Shown in pieces: positions 8,741 through 15,582 of a stretch of 24,956 bases of DNA. This stretch comes from a virus (Duplodnaviria; Caudoviricetes). The stretch covers positions 1 through 24,956 of IMG/VR virus record IMGVR_UViG_3300031949_000144; one strand, written 5' to 3'. Position 1 is the first letter of the stretch. Every line of letters begins with the position of its first letter. The position numbers and the translations under genes are program-made. The notes below the pieces were generated by a model. It worked only from the letters and a program-made list of their open reading frames with translations. It did no database searches and had not been told where the DNA came from.

Positions 8741-9052
8741 CTACGGACCCCACTCCACCAGGTCCACCCGGACCTCCGTGGCATAGCGCTCACTGCCGAT
8801 GACTCCGCGGAGCTGCATGTAGTACGTCCCCGGCGCCGTGAGGCCCGCGAGCGTGGAATCGAAGAGGGCGAAGAGGTGCGCCAGGGTCGCATCCCAGGTT
8901 GCCGCCGCCCAATCGAAGCCGGTGACCAGCGCCCGGTTGCCATCCAGGATCCGCCGCTCCGGGCTGGTGAGCGTGATCGCGCCCGAGCCCAGCAGACGGC
9001 TGACCTTGACGATGATGTCCTTTTTTTCGCCCTCGCGGATCGTGACGCTCAC
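8741..9052 (-). CDS. Small beta-sandwich virion protein (BppU N-terminal/Ig-like?)
   Basis: 103 aa, GTG start coupled to the upstream TGA (GTGA). VTIREGE start and APGTYYMQL motif. Confidence 0.55.
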   Translation of the reverse strand: MSVTIREGEKKDIIVKVSRLLGSGAITLTSPERRILDGNRALVTGFDWAAATWDATLAHLFALFDSTLAGLTAPGTYYMQLRGVIGSERYATEVRVDLVEWGP

Positions 9053-9216
9053 GGGATCTCCGAGAGCGTATAGCGGGCCGGCGCGGGGTCCAGGGCAAAG
9101 CGCAGATCGGCCAGCATCGCCCGGTAGCGCGCGACCAATTCCGCGAGCGAGTACGCCTCGGCGACCAGGACGACCGGACTGCCGCCGAAGCCGAGATTCA
9201 GGAGCCAGCCCAGCAT
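9049..9216 (-). CDS. Unannotated 55-aa micro-ORF MLGWLLNLGFGGSPVV...
   Basis: Manually translated. Fills the gap between element copy 4 and the next gene, stop overlaps the next start, and the N-terminus is paralogous to 13493-13651. Confidence 0.7.
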   Translation of the reverse strand: MLGWLLNLGFGGSPVVLVAEAYSLAELVARYRAMLADLRFALDPAPARYTLSEIP

Positions 9217-9231
9217 GCAGGTCACCTATCT

Positions 9232-9303
9232 CGCATAGCGCAAAGCGCAGAGCGCATGGTGCCGGATCCGGACGCTATGCTCTATGCGCTATGCGCTTTG
9301 CGC
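9232..9303. repeat. Heptamer palindromic element, full copy 4
   Basis: cgcatagcgcaaagcgcagagcgcatggtg-ccggatccgga-cgctatgctctatgcgctatgcgctttgcgc. Confidence 0.9.
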
Positions 9304-9309
9304 CACGGA

Positions 9310-9630
9310 TCACAGCCGTCCTTTGCGCTCTCCCACGATCCACTCGATGAGGAACGAGATTTCCCAGGCCAGCAACGAGACCCTGTCCTCCCGGGCGTAG
9401 CAATTGGCCCACTCGACCGCCTGGCTGCGCTTCTTCTCGTGATGCTTCGTCGCGTGAAAGCTCGGGTCCTTGGCGTTCTTCTCCACGGCCATCCGGGCGT
9501 AGCGATAGGCGGGCGAATCCAGCAGGCCATCCAGCGCACGGATCCGCCCCACCCACCCATCGAAGTGGGCGAAGTCTTCGGGATGCCAGAGGAGATGCCA
9601 ACATCGCGCCAGTCGCTGCCAGAACGTCAT
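9310..9630 (-). CDS. Hypothetical protein (106 aa, MTFWQRLARC...)
   Basis: Start re-called to ATG 9630, ATGA-coupled to the stop of the upstream gene. Confidence 0.65.
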   Translation of the reverse strand: MTFWQRLARCWHLLWHPEDFAHFDGWVGRIRALDGLLDSPAYRYARMAVEKNAKDPSFHATKHHEKKRSQAVEWANCYAREDRVSLLAWEISFLIEWIVGERKGRL

Positions 9631-10763
9631 TGGCCCACCCCCAGGAGTAACAGATCCTTCCGCGTCGCCCCGCCCGCCAGGTCCCCGCCTTCCCAATCAT
9701 CCCCACGCACTGTGTTATCCCCATGGCCAAAGATTCCCGCCGACCCGCTGGCAATCGCTGTGTCGGTCGCCGTGAAGATCGTCAGGCCATCATCCTTGGC
9801 CGTCAGAGAGGACCCGGAGACTTCGAGACGAAATAGGGAATTGAGACCGGGTGCAGTAGTGTCGCTCGCCAACCTAGTCTGCGTGCCAGCCACGACCTTA
9901 GTCAGTTCTCGGTCGGGATCAGGGTTGGGCACATCATCGCCCTTCCAGTTGTAGCTATTGTCCGTCTCGCCGCATCGCACTGCCGGCCCAATGGCCCCAA
10001 TATCGAACCCTAACGCGGTCAATACTAATTGCGCGTATTGATTTGCGCTGAAGGTATCCGGGTTCCAGAAAATCGCCCCAATCGCAAACCCGTCAGTGTT
10101 GTACACATCGTCCGAACTAAAAATGCCGAATGGCCCACCATAGAGCGCAGTCCAATTCGCGCCCAAGGAGGCGCGATTGAAGTTATCGGTGGCTGGAAGG
10201 GCCCCACCACTCAGCGGGGGATACCAACGGTCGCGCCACTCAAACCATCCAGCACGCCGCAGAGCGTCTGGGTCAAAATGAATCCATCTCCCATTCCAAA
10301 GAAAATATCCTTGCGCAATTAAACTCTCCTGGGTGATTCCCCCCCGGATACAATCCACACCACCGGAGACAATCGGCTGCTCCCATATCTTGTCTCCCAG
10401 CCAAATCTCATTGAAGCCCTGCGCGGTCGGACGAAGGGGTTTCCACTTCCCGGGTGGTGGCGAGAGCAGAAGTTCGGCTACGACCTGATTAAATTGAATC
10501 GCCTGAATATCAGATACTCCGAAGACCGACTTGAGCTGGCCTATTCGATTGGTGCTAAGCTTCTCTAGTGGATCATCTGCGAGCTTTACGAGACGTACAT
10601 CGGCGCTAGCGACCGGGAGATACAGCATACAGAAGTTTGACCCGCCGCCGTCTGGAGTCGCCCCACCATCAGGTCGAAGATCAACAAACGGTCCAGGGAT
10701 TACCGGACCGCAAGGGTCGCGCATTGTTCCAGCGCCAAGAAATGGGGCGAGATAATATGGCAC
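9627..10763 (-). CDS. Accessory virion-type protein with C-terminal lectin/concanavalin-like beta-sandwich (378 aa)
   Basis: ATDNFNRASLGANWT..FRLEVSGSSLTAK..IASGSAGI..DDWEGG pattern, ends LLLLGVGQ. Visibly more AT-rich codons than neighbouring genes. Confidence 0.6.
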   Translation of the reverse strand: MPYYLAPFLGAGTMRDPCGPVIPGPFVDLRPDGGATPDGGGSNFCMLYLPVASADVRLVKLADDPLEKLSTNRIGQLKSVFGVSDIQAIQFNQVVAELLLSPPPGKWKPLRPTAQGFNEIWLGDKIWEQPIVSGGVDCIRGGITQESLIAQGYFLWNGRWIHFDPDALRRAGWFEWRDRWYPPLSGGALPATDNFNRASLGANWTALYGGPFGIFSSDDVYNTDGFAIGAIFWNPDTFSANQYAQLVLTALGFDIGAIGPAVRCGETDNSYNWKGDDVPNPDPDRELTKVVAGTQTRLASDTTAPGLNSLFRLEVSGSSLTAKDDGLTIFTATDTAIASGSAGIFGHGDNTVRGDDWEGGDLAGGATRKDLLLLGVGQ

Positions 10764-10764
10764 G

Positions 10765-10845
10765 CTACATTTTCCTTAGATTCATTGGGGCTGCTGGCAG
10801 ACTTGGCCCGGCCCCCTCGATCTCATATGCTTCACTGGCAGGGGA
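10765..10845 (-). pseudogene. Possible 3' gene remnant (..EAYEIEGAGPSLPAAPMNLRKM*)
   Basis: AYE..PAAPxNLR resembles a protein C-terminus. No start codon. Preceded by an orphan AGGAGGAGG. Confidence 0.4.
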
Positions 10846-10864
10846 CCTCCTCCTGGGCGAAGCG

Positions 10865-10963
10865 CTAAGCGCTTGGCGCCTCAGTCATGTGATACTCGAC
10901 CGCGACGTCTCCGATCACGGCCCACCAGGACTCATCGGCGATGACGTCGTGGGCTACGGCCAT
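10865..10963 (-). CDS. 32-aa micro-ORF or deletion remnant MAVAHDVIADESWWAVIGDVAVEYHMTEAPSA
   Basis: AAGGAG RBS before the ATG. The last 22 codons are duplicated at 13817-13882 with mostly synonymous changes. Stop lies in a partial heptamer element (10860-10881). Confidence 0.5.
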   Translation of the reverse strand: MAVAHDVIADESWWAVIGDVAVEYHMTEAPSA

Positions 10964-11061
10964 GCTACTCCTTTAACATCCGAACCACCGCCAGAGCAGG
11001 CGCGTCAGCCAGTTCACGGGCTGCCCTGCAAGCCAGCCGCACCACTGGCACCTGGCGCTTC

Positions 11062-11424
11062 CTACCGAAGGGTCGGCGGGCTTGGGGCAACCGCGTCGAA
11101 AGGGCGGACGTTGCTCTCCGCCGATTCATTGCCGCTCGTGTCAAATGCAGTCACGAAGACAAAGCCCTGCCCGCTGGTAATCGAGAATGCCCCCACCGCA
11201 GCCGCCGGAGGATCGGAGGCCGGGGGGGCGATATCCGGTCCCGTCTTGACTCCGTTGGCTTTCGTGCACGGGGTCGCGGGGCAGACATAGATCCGTGCCC
11301 CCGCGAGGTCGATCAGATTGCTGCCATCGGTGTTCGTTTGCGGCCAGTCGAACTCGAAATCCACAGCCAGAGCAGGGAGCACGAGCGAAATGCAGATTGC
11401 GAGGGCGAGCAGGATGCGGCGCAT
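11062..11424 (-). CDS. Secreted fibronectin type III-like protein (120 aa)
   Basis: Start re-called to ATG 11424 (AAAGGAG RBS). Signal peptide MRRILLALAICISLVLPALA, and NTDGS..DLAGARIY and FVTAFDTSGNESAESN FN3-like motifs. Confidence 0.75.
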   Translation of the reverse strand: MRRILLALAICISLVLPALAVDFEFDWPQTNTDGSNLIDLAGARIYVCPATPCTKANGVKTGPDIAPPASDPPAAAVGAFSITSGQGFVFVTAFDTSGNESAESNVRPFDAVAPSPPTLR

Positions 11425-11436
11425 GGTCTCTCCTTT

Positions 11437-11508
11437 GCAGAGCGCTAAGCGCAAAGCGCATGGCGTTCCGACTCAGACGCTATGCGCTTTGCGCTATGCG
11501 CTTTGCGC
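11437..11508. repeat. Heptamer palindromic element, full copy 5
   Basis: gcagagcgctaagcgcaaagcgcatggcg-ttccgactcaga-cgctatgcgctttgcgctatgcgctttgcgc. Confidence 0.9.
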
Positions 11509-11721
11509 TTACTGCTTGCCGTCCGATGGCTCCTGGGCCGCCCCCCGGGCCAGATGGCCCTCTGGGCCGGAGGCCGCCTTCTGGGAGGCCTGGACGGCGG
11601 CGGTGAGCACGGCGATCTGCTGTTGGAGCTGGGCCTTCACCAGGGTCAGCCGGTGGATCACGATCTCCTTCTCGCCGATGATGCGATACAGGTCTGCGAC
11701 GGTGATCTGGACTTCGGGCAT
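11509..11721 (-). CDS. Small coiled-coil protein (70 aa), possible fibre chaperone
   Basis: GGGAGG RBS. LYRIIGEKE..LKAQLQQQI-like heptads (LVKAQLQQQIAVL). Bounded by an element on each side. Confidence 0.7.
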   Translation of the reverse strand: MPEVQITVADLYRIIGEKEIVIHRLTLVKAQLQQQIAVLTAAVQASQKAASGPEGHLARGAAQEPSDGKQ

Positions 11722-11734
11722 GGGGGCCTCCCAC

Positions 11735-11822
11735 TGCGCAAAGCGCCAAGCGCCAAGCGCAGAGCGTCGGATGCAGAGCGCTATGCTCTATGCGCTTTGC
11801 GCTTTGCGCATGGCGCTACGCA
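11735..11822. repeat. Heptamer palindromic element, full copy 6 (inverted orientation)
   Basis: Core reads agcgtcggat, the reverse complement of the atccgacgct core in the other copies. Confidence 0.85.
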
Positions 11823-13492
11823 TACAGGATATTGACCTGGACGTCGTTCGCCCCCGGCGCGCCCGTGTCGTTGTCGGCCAGGCCAGTCGTGACCGCCACC
11901 GTGATCGCGGTGCTGAACGGCACGCCGGGGGCCAGGGAGATCCACCCCGCCACCCCTCCACTGCTGGCGAATGGGAGCGGCAGGGTCATGACGGGGGTGG
12001 TCGTGCCAACGACGACGGTGGCCGCCGTGGCATTGTAAAACTTGAGATACCGCGCCGTTGTGGCGGCATTGTGGAAATAGAACCCGTAGACCTGGCCGGC
12101 GGTCGCCTTGACCTCTTCCTCGGTCTCGTCCAGGTCCAGACTCCGGAAAATCGTGCAGCCGCCCGAGGTGCGAACCCCGATGCCCACGTTGCCGATCAGG
12201 TTCGCGCCAGCCGCGATGCTGAGGATGTCCACGTCGCCGATGTTATTCGTGCCGGCGGGGAGCGCCGGGAGCGTGAGAACATCCACGTCCCCGATGTTGT
12301 TGGTCCCGGCTGGCAAGGCGGGAAGGGTCAGGACATCGACGTCGCCGATGTTATTCGTGCCGGCGGGGAGCGCCGGGAGCGTGAGCACGTCTACATCACC
12401 GATGTTATTCGTGCCGGCGGGGAGCGCAGTCATTCCGGCGATCCCGGTCGCGGCCAGAAATCGGAGCTTGGCCGAGATCGAGCCGGTCGCGCTGGCGGCG
12501 TCGGCGTTGGCGCCGAACGGGTCGGCGGGGACGGTCAGGACGTCCACGTCGCCGATGTTGTTGGTGCCCGCTGGAAGCGCGGGCAACGTCAGCACGTCCA
12601 CGTCGCCGATATTATTCGTGCCGGCGGGCAGGGCAGGCAGAGTCAGGACGTCCACATCGCCGATGTTATTGGTGCCCGCCGGAATGGCCGCGGTGACCTG
12701 GGCGATCGTGATCGTTTCGAGGGCGGCCAGGGCGGTGGCGCTCAGCTCCACCGTGCCGATATTGTTGGCCCCGGCCGGCAGCGCATCCCGAACGGAGACG
12801 TGCAGGGCCCGGGCAGAGGTCATCCGGAGGGATTGGGCCTGGTTCTCGGTAACGGCAACGGGGGAGGTATCATCCAGGACCGCACCGATGACCGCGTACT
12901 TGGAGAGGGGCACATCCCCGGAGTGCACGATATCGTCGATGAGTTGGAGCGCAACCACTCCTGGATCGTCGGAGGCGAGGGTAATTCGGGGCGTGGTGGC
13001 TCCGACGGCTCCGGCGCCTCCCGTGATCCCCGCCTGGCCCAGGATGAGGTTGACCTTCGCCCGATCGCTCTCATCCCAGTCATCCAAAATCTGGAGGGCG
13101 ACGACCGCCGGATCATCGCTGCCGAGCGTGACGCGCTTCGTGCCGGCGGCCACGGCCCCGGCGCCGTAGGTCTCGGGGATCGAGCCGCCGCTGGCGGCCA
13201 CGCGGATGGTGATGGGGAGCGCGTTCTCGACCCCAGCCCCACTGTCCACGTCGATGGGCGTGTACTGATCCAGGAGGGCGATGTCCACCTTGCCGAGATC
13301 GCGGGCGGCTCGGTCGAGGGGGTCGGTGGGAAGGCCGGCGGATCCGGTGACGATCGTGAAGGTCTCGAGCGCGCCGAACCCCAGCTTGATGAGCTGAAAG
13401 TGTGCATCCCCGACCGGGCTACCAATGATCTCATCGGTAGCCAGAAATGCGCCGTCCTGGGTTCCCAGATTCAATCGGAGGCGATCCGCCAT
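11816..13492 (-). CDS. Repeat-containing fibre-like virion protein (558 aa)
   Basis: Seven PAGTNNIGDVD repeats at 18-aa period plus two degenerate copies, two GAGAV..RxTLxSDDPxVVALQ repeats, and a C-terminal beta-sandwich (YLKFYN..GVPFSTAITVA). Confidence 0.7.
   Translation of the reverse strand: MADRLRLNLGTQDGAFLATDEIIGSPVGDAHFQLIKLGFGALETFTIVTGSAGLPTDPLDRAARDLGKVDIALLDQYTPIDVDSGAGVENALPITIRVAASGGSIPETYGAGAVAAGTKRVTLGSDDPAVVALQILDDWDESDRAKVNLILGQAGITGGAGAVGATTPRITLASDDPGVVALQLIDDIVHSGDVPLSKYAVIGAVLDDTSPVAVTENQAQSLRMTSARALHVSVRDALPAGANNIGTVELSATALAALETITIAQVTAAIPAGTNNIGDVDVLTLPALPAGTNNIGDVDVLTLPALPAGTNNIGDVDVLTVPADPFGANADAASATGSISAKLRFLAATGIAGMTALPAGTNNIGDVDVLTLPALPAGTNNIGDVDVLTLPALPAGTNNIGDVDVLTLPALPAGTNNIGDVDILSIAAGANLIGNVGIGVRTSGGCTIFRSLDLDETEEEVKATAGQVYGFYFHNAATTARYLKFYNATAATVVVGTTTPVMTLPLPFASSGGVAGWISLAPGVPFSTAITVAVTTGLADNDTGAPGANDVQVNILYA
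12185..12790 (-). repeat. 54-bp coding tandem repeats (ALPAGTNNIGDVDVLTLP) in arrays of 3 and 4
   Basis: Seen in the translation and in the DNA (gccgatgttattcgtgccggcggg variants), with synonymous variation between units. Confidence 0.9.
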
Positions 13493-13651
13493 TTAGATCC
13501 TCCCGCTCGCCGTGAGCAGCATCGTCAGCGGGGCCAGCCACCACCAACAGCGGCCCACGCCCAGCAGCAGCAACGAGCCGGCCCGCGGGCCGAAGGCGGC
13601 CGCGCCGCCCTCGCTGCCGGCGAATCCGAGATTCAGGGCCCAGCCAAGCAT
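13493..13651 (-). CDS. Unannotated 52-aa micro-ORF MLGWALNLGFAGSEGG..SLLLLGVGRCWWW...
   Basis: Manually translated. GAGAGGA RBS, TAA directly abuts the ATG of the 558-aa gene, and the N-terminus is paralogous to 9049-9216. Confidence 0.7.
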   Translation of the reverse strand: MLGWALNLGFAGSEGGAAAFGPRAGSLLLLGVGRCWWWLAPLTMLLTASGRI

Positions 13652-13665
13652 CGCCGTCCTCTCAC

Positions 13666-13831
13666 GCCGGCAAGCCTGCAGGCCGGCAGGCTGGCACGCT
13701 CAGAACCTTCTGATCAGCAGCCTGCCAGCGTGCGAGCTTGCCGGCCTGCTCGCGGCTGTCGTTTCCACTGCCAGCTGCCTGCTGCTCGCTGCCCGCTGAG
13801 CGCCACGCGCTCTGCGCTATGCGCTTGGCGC
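13666..13831. repeat. Composite repeat spacer: GCAGGCYG-type inverted repeat, GCTGCCN heptamer arm and half GCGC-heptamer element
   Basis: gccggcaagc (13666) pairs with gcttgccggc (13736-13745); ctgccagctgcctgctgctcgctgcccgctg at about 13768-13798; gcgctctgcgctatgcgcttggcgc at 13807-13831. Confidence 0.7.
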
Positions 13832-13882
13832 CTCAGTCATATGGTACTCCACCGCGACGTTGCCAATCACGGCCCACCAGGA
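13817..13882 (-). pseudogene. Start-less coding remnant SWWAVIGNVAVEYHMTEAPSA*, second copy of the 66-bp repeat
   Basis: 59/66 nt identical to 10865-10930. In frame directly after the TAA of 13883-14350. Confidence 0.6.
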
Positions 13883-14350
13883 TTAGACCAGGGTATGGGC
13901 CTTCGTGAGATGCACTCGCACGGCGATCTCGGCATAATGGCAGAGGACGCTGCCGTACATCCGAGGTTCCATGACCCGGAGCTGGGGCTCCTCCACGTGA
14001 TCGGCAATTCCGCCGAGCGTCACATCCGCACCGAGCTGGTCCTGGACGGTCTCTACGGCGTCGTCGAAACTGATCTCGCTCGACGTCGCATCCGCCAGTC
14101 CCCAATATCCCCGGACCACGTACACCGGAAATCGCAGGGCCTCTGCGGGCGCCTCCCGCTGGCCCGGCGAGATCTCCCGCGTGATCGTCCACCCGCGAAG
14201 CGTGCCCGTGTCCTCATGTTTCATCAACGCGAGGAAATCGCTCCATTGCGCCGCCCACCGCTCCCGATCATGGACGATCCCTATGCTGGGGGTGATCGCC
14301 TCCAGGCGCGCCTTGATCCGCGCACGGATCTGCGAGGTGATGGTGGCCAT
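13883..14350 (-). CDS. Tail terminator / head-tail joining protein (155 aa)
   Basis: IRARIKARLEAI start, ADVTLGG and VLCHYAEIAVRV motifs. Last of three connector-region genes. Confidence 0.6.
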   Translation of the reverse strand: MATITSQIRARIKARLEAITPSIGIVHDRERWAAQWSDFLALMKHEDTGTLRGWTITREISPGQREAPAEALRFPVYVVRGYWGLADATSSEISFDDAVETVQDQLGADVTLGGIADHVEEPQLRVMEPRMYGSVLCHYAEIAVRVHLTKAHTLV

Positions 14351-14353
14351 CGC

Positions 14354-14884
14354 CTACCGGCCCTCGAGTCGCCGGGCGATTCGGCTGGCCGCACTGTCCA
14401 GCATGCGCTGCAGTCGCCCCTCGGCCTGGACCTGCACCCGATGGAGGAACGGATCCCCGGGCGTCCCGCGCCTGGCGATCTTGCGTCCCACGAGGAAGGC
14501 CACCGCCCGGACCGCCTTCTCGCCGGAGACACCGAGGACCCGACGGACCCAGGCATCCAGGGCCCCGGGCGGCGGCCCCTTGCCGGGTCGCCGGCCGCGA
14601 AGCGCCACCTCGGCGTAGGCCGCCGGCCACTCCGCCACGATCGTCCGGACGGGGTCCCCGCGCATCTCGGCGAAGGCGGTCCCGCGGAGCTGAGCCGTGG
14701 CGCCCTCGGGCGTCTCGCGCTGGATCAGCCGCTCCACCAGGGCCGCGCCCTCCGCCAGGAAGGCTCGCAATTCCTGATCGAAGACTTCTCCGGCCCACTG
14801 CCCATCCAGCACCAGGCGGGGCAGCCGCAACCGTGTCGTGATGAATCCCGATGCCCGAACCTCATATGCCGCCGGTGTCGCCAT
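14354..14884 (-). CDS. Tail completion / HK97 gp10-like neck protein (176 aa)
   Basis: TPEGATAQLR, YAEVALRGRRPGKGPP, AFLVGRKIARRGTPGDPFL motifs. Confidence 0.7.
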   Translation of the reverse strand: MATPAAYEVRASGFITTRLRLPRLVLDGQWAGEVFDQELRAFLAEGAALVERLIQRETPEGATAQLRGTAFAEMRGDPVRTIVAEWPAAYAEVALRGRRPGKGPPPGALDAWVRRVLGVSGEKAVRAVAFLVGRKIARRGTPGDPFLHRVQVQAEGRLQRMLDSAASRIARRLEGR

Positions 14885-14887
14885 CGC

Positions 14888-15580
14888 TCACCGCCACCGC
14901 CGCGGGTGAGTCAGTCGGTCCTCGCCCCAGGGGAAGTTTTGGTCCCAGTCCTGCACGACCGAGGCGCCGGGGACCTGCGCATCCTTGTCGGCGCCGATGT
15001 GCTGGCGATAGACCGCGTAGAGATCCCGGGCCCGGGATGCGTACTCCTGGGCCTTGCTCTTGTGATCGGCGACATCCGCCCCGAGCGTCGGCTGCTGGAG
15101 CTGGGCGTAGCGGTTGGCCAGCATCCGGCAGGCGATCGCCGCAACCAGATGGCAGACCGCCCGGAAGTCCCCATCGCCGATCGTCCCCGTGGACGCCGTG
15201 ATGCTGTGCAGCCCCGGGAAGGTCACCCGAAACGTCTCGCTGGCCGTCGGCTTGTCTTTCAAGAGCCGAATCTTCTCAGCCGTGGGCGTCCGGTAGATCT
15301 CGTAATCGCCGTCCTCCAGCAGGGTGGACGGGACGTTGCCCGTCGGAAACTCGATGCTGCGAACGGTCGAGAACTGCTCGATCCACCCGCTGGGGGGTGT
15401 GTAGTCGTTCGAGCCCGTGCCCGTGACGTCGGCCACCACGATGCGCGGGCGGACCCGGCTGAACTGGTCGGCCCCATGGCCGATCGCCTTGTCCAGGTCC
15501 TCGCTGGACAGATCCCCCGCCTGGTCCTGGACCAGCGGCGGAACCTCTGTCCGGTAATCCTGCAGCAGCTTCGCCATCAC
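14888..15580 (-). CDS. Head-tail adaptor / connector protein (230 aa)
   Basis: Position after the capsid and decoration genes. DLDKAIGHG..YTPPSGW..AVCHLVAAIAC layout. Start is GTG 15580 or ATG 15577. Confidence 0.6.
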   Translation of the reverse strand: MMAKLLQDYRTEVPPLVQDQAGDLSSEDLDKAIGHGADQFSRVRPRIVVADVTGTGSNDYTPPSGWIEQFSTVRSIEFPTGNVPSTLLEDGDYEIYRTPTAEKIRLLKDKPTASETFRVTFPGLHSITASTGTIGDGDFRAVCHLVAAIACRMLANRYAQLQQPTLGADVADHKSKAQEYASRARDLYAVYRQHIGADKDAQVPGASVVQDWDQNFPWGEDRLTHPRRWR

Positions 15581-15582
15581 TT

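Noticed and set aside
10865-13882. 66-bp repeat pair as a DGR template/variable repeat
   Set aside because: Differences are not adenine-specific, are mostly synonymous third positions, and no reverse transcriptase is in the window.
13817-15580. Stop-codon reassignment (alternative genetic code)
   Set aside because: TAA, TAG and TGA all terminate well-formed genes, and long genes are uninterrupted under the standard bacterial code.
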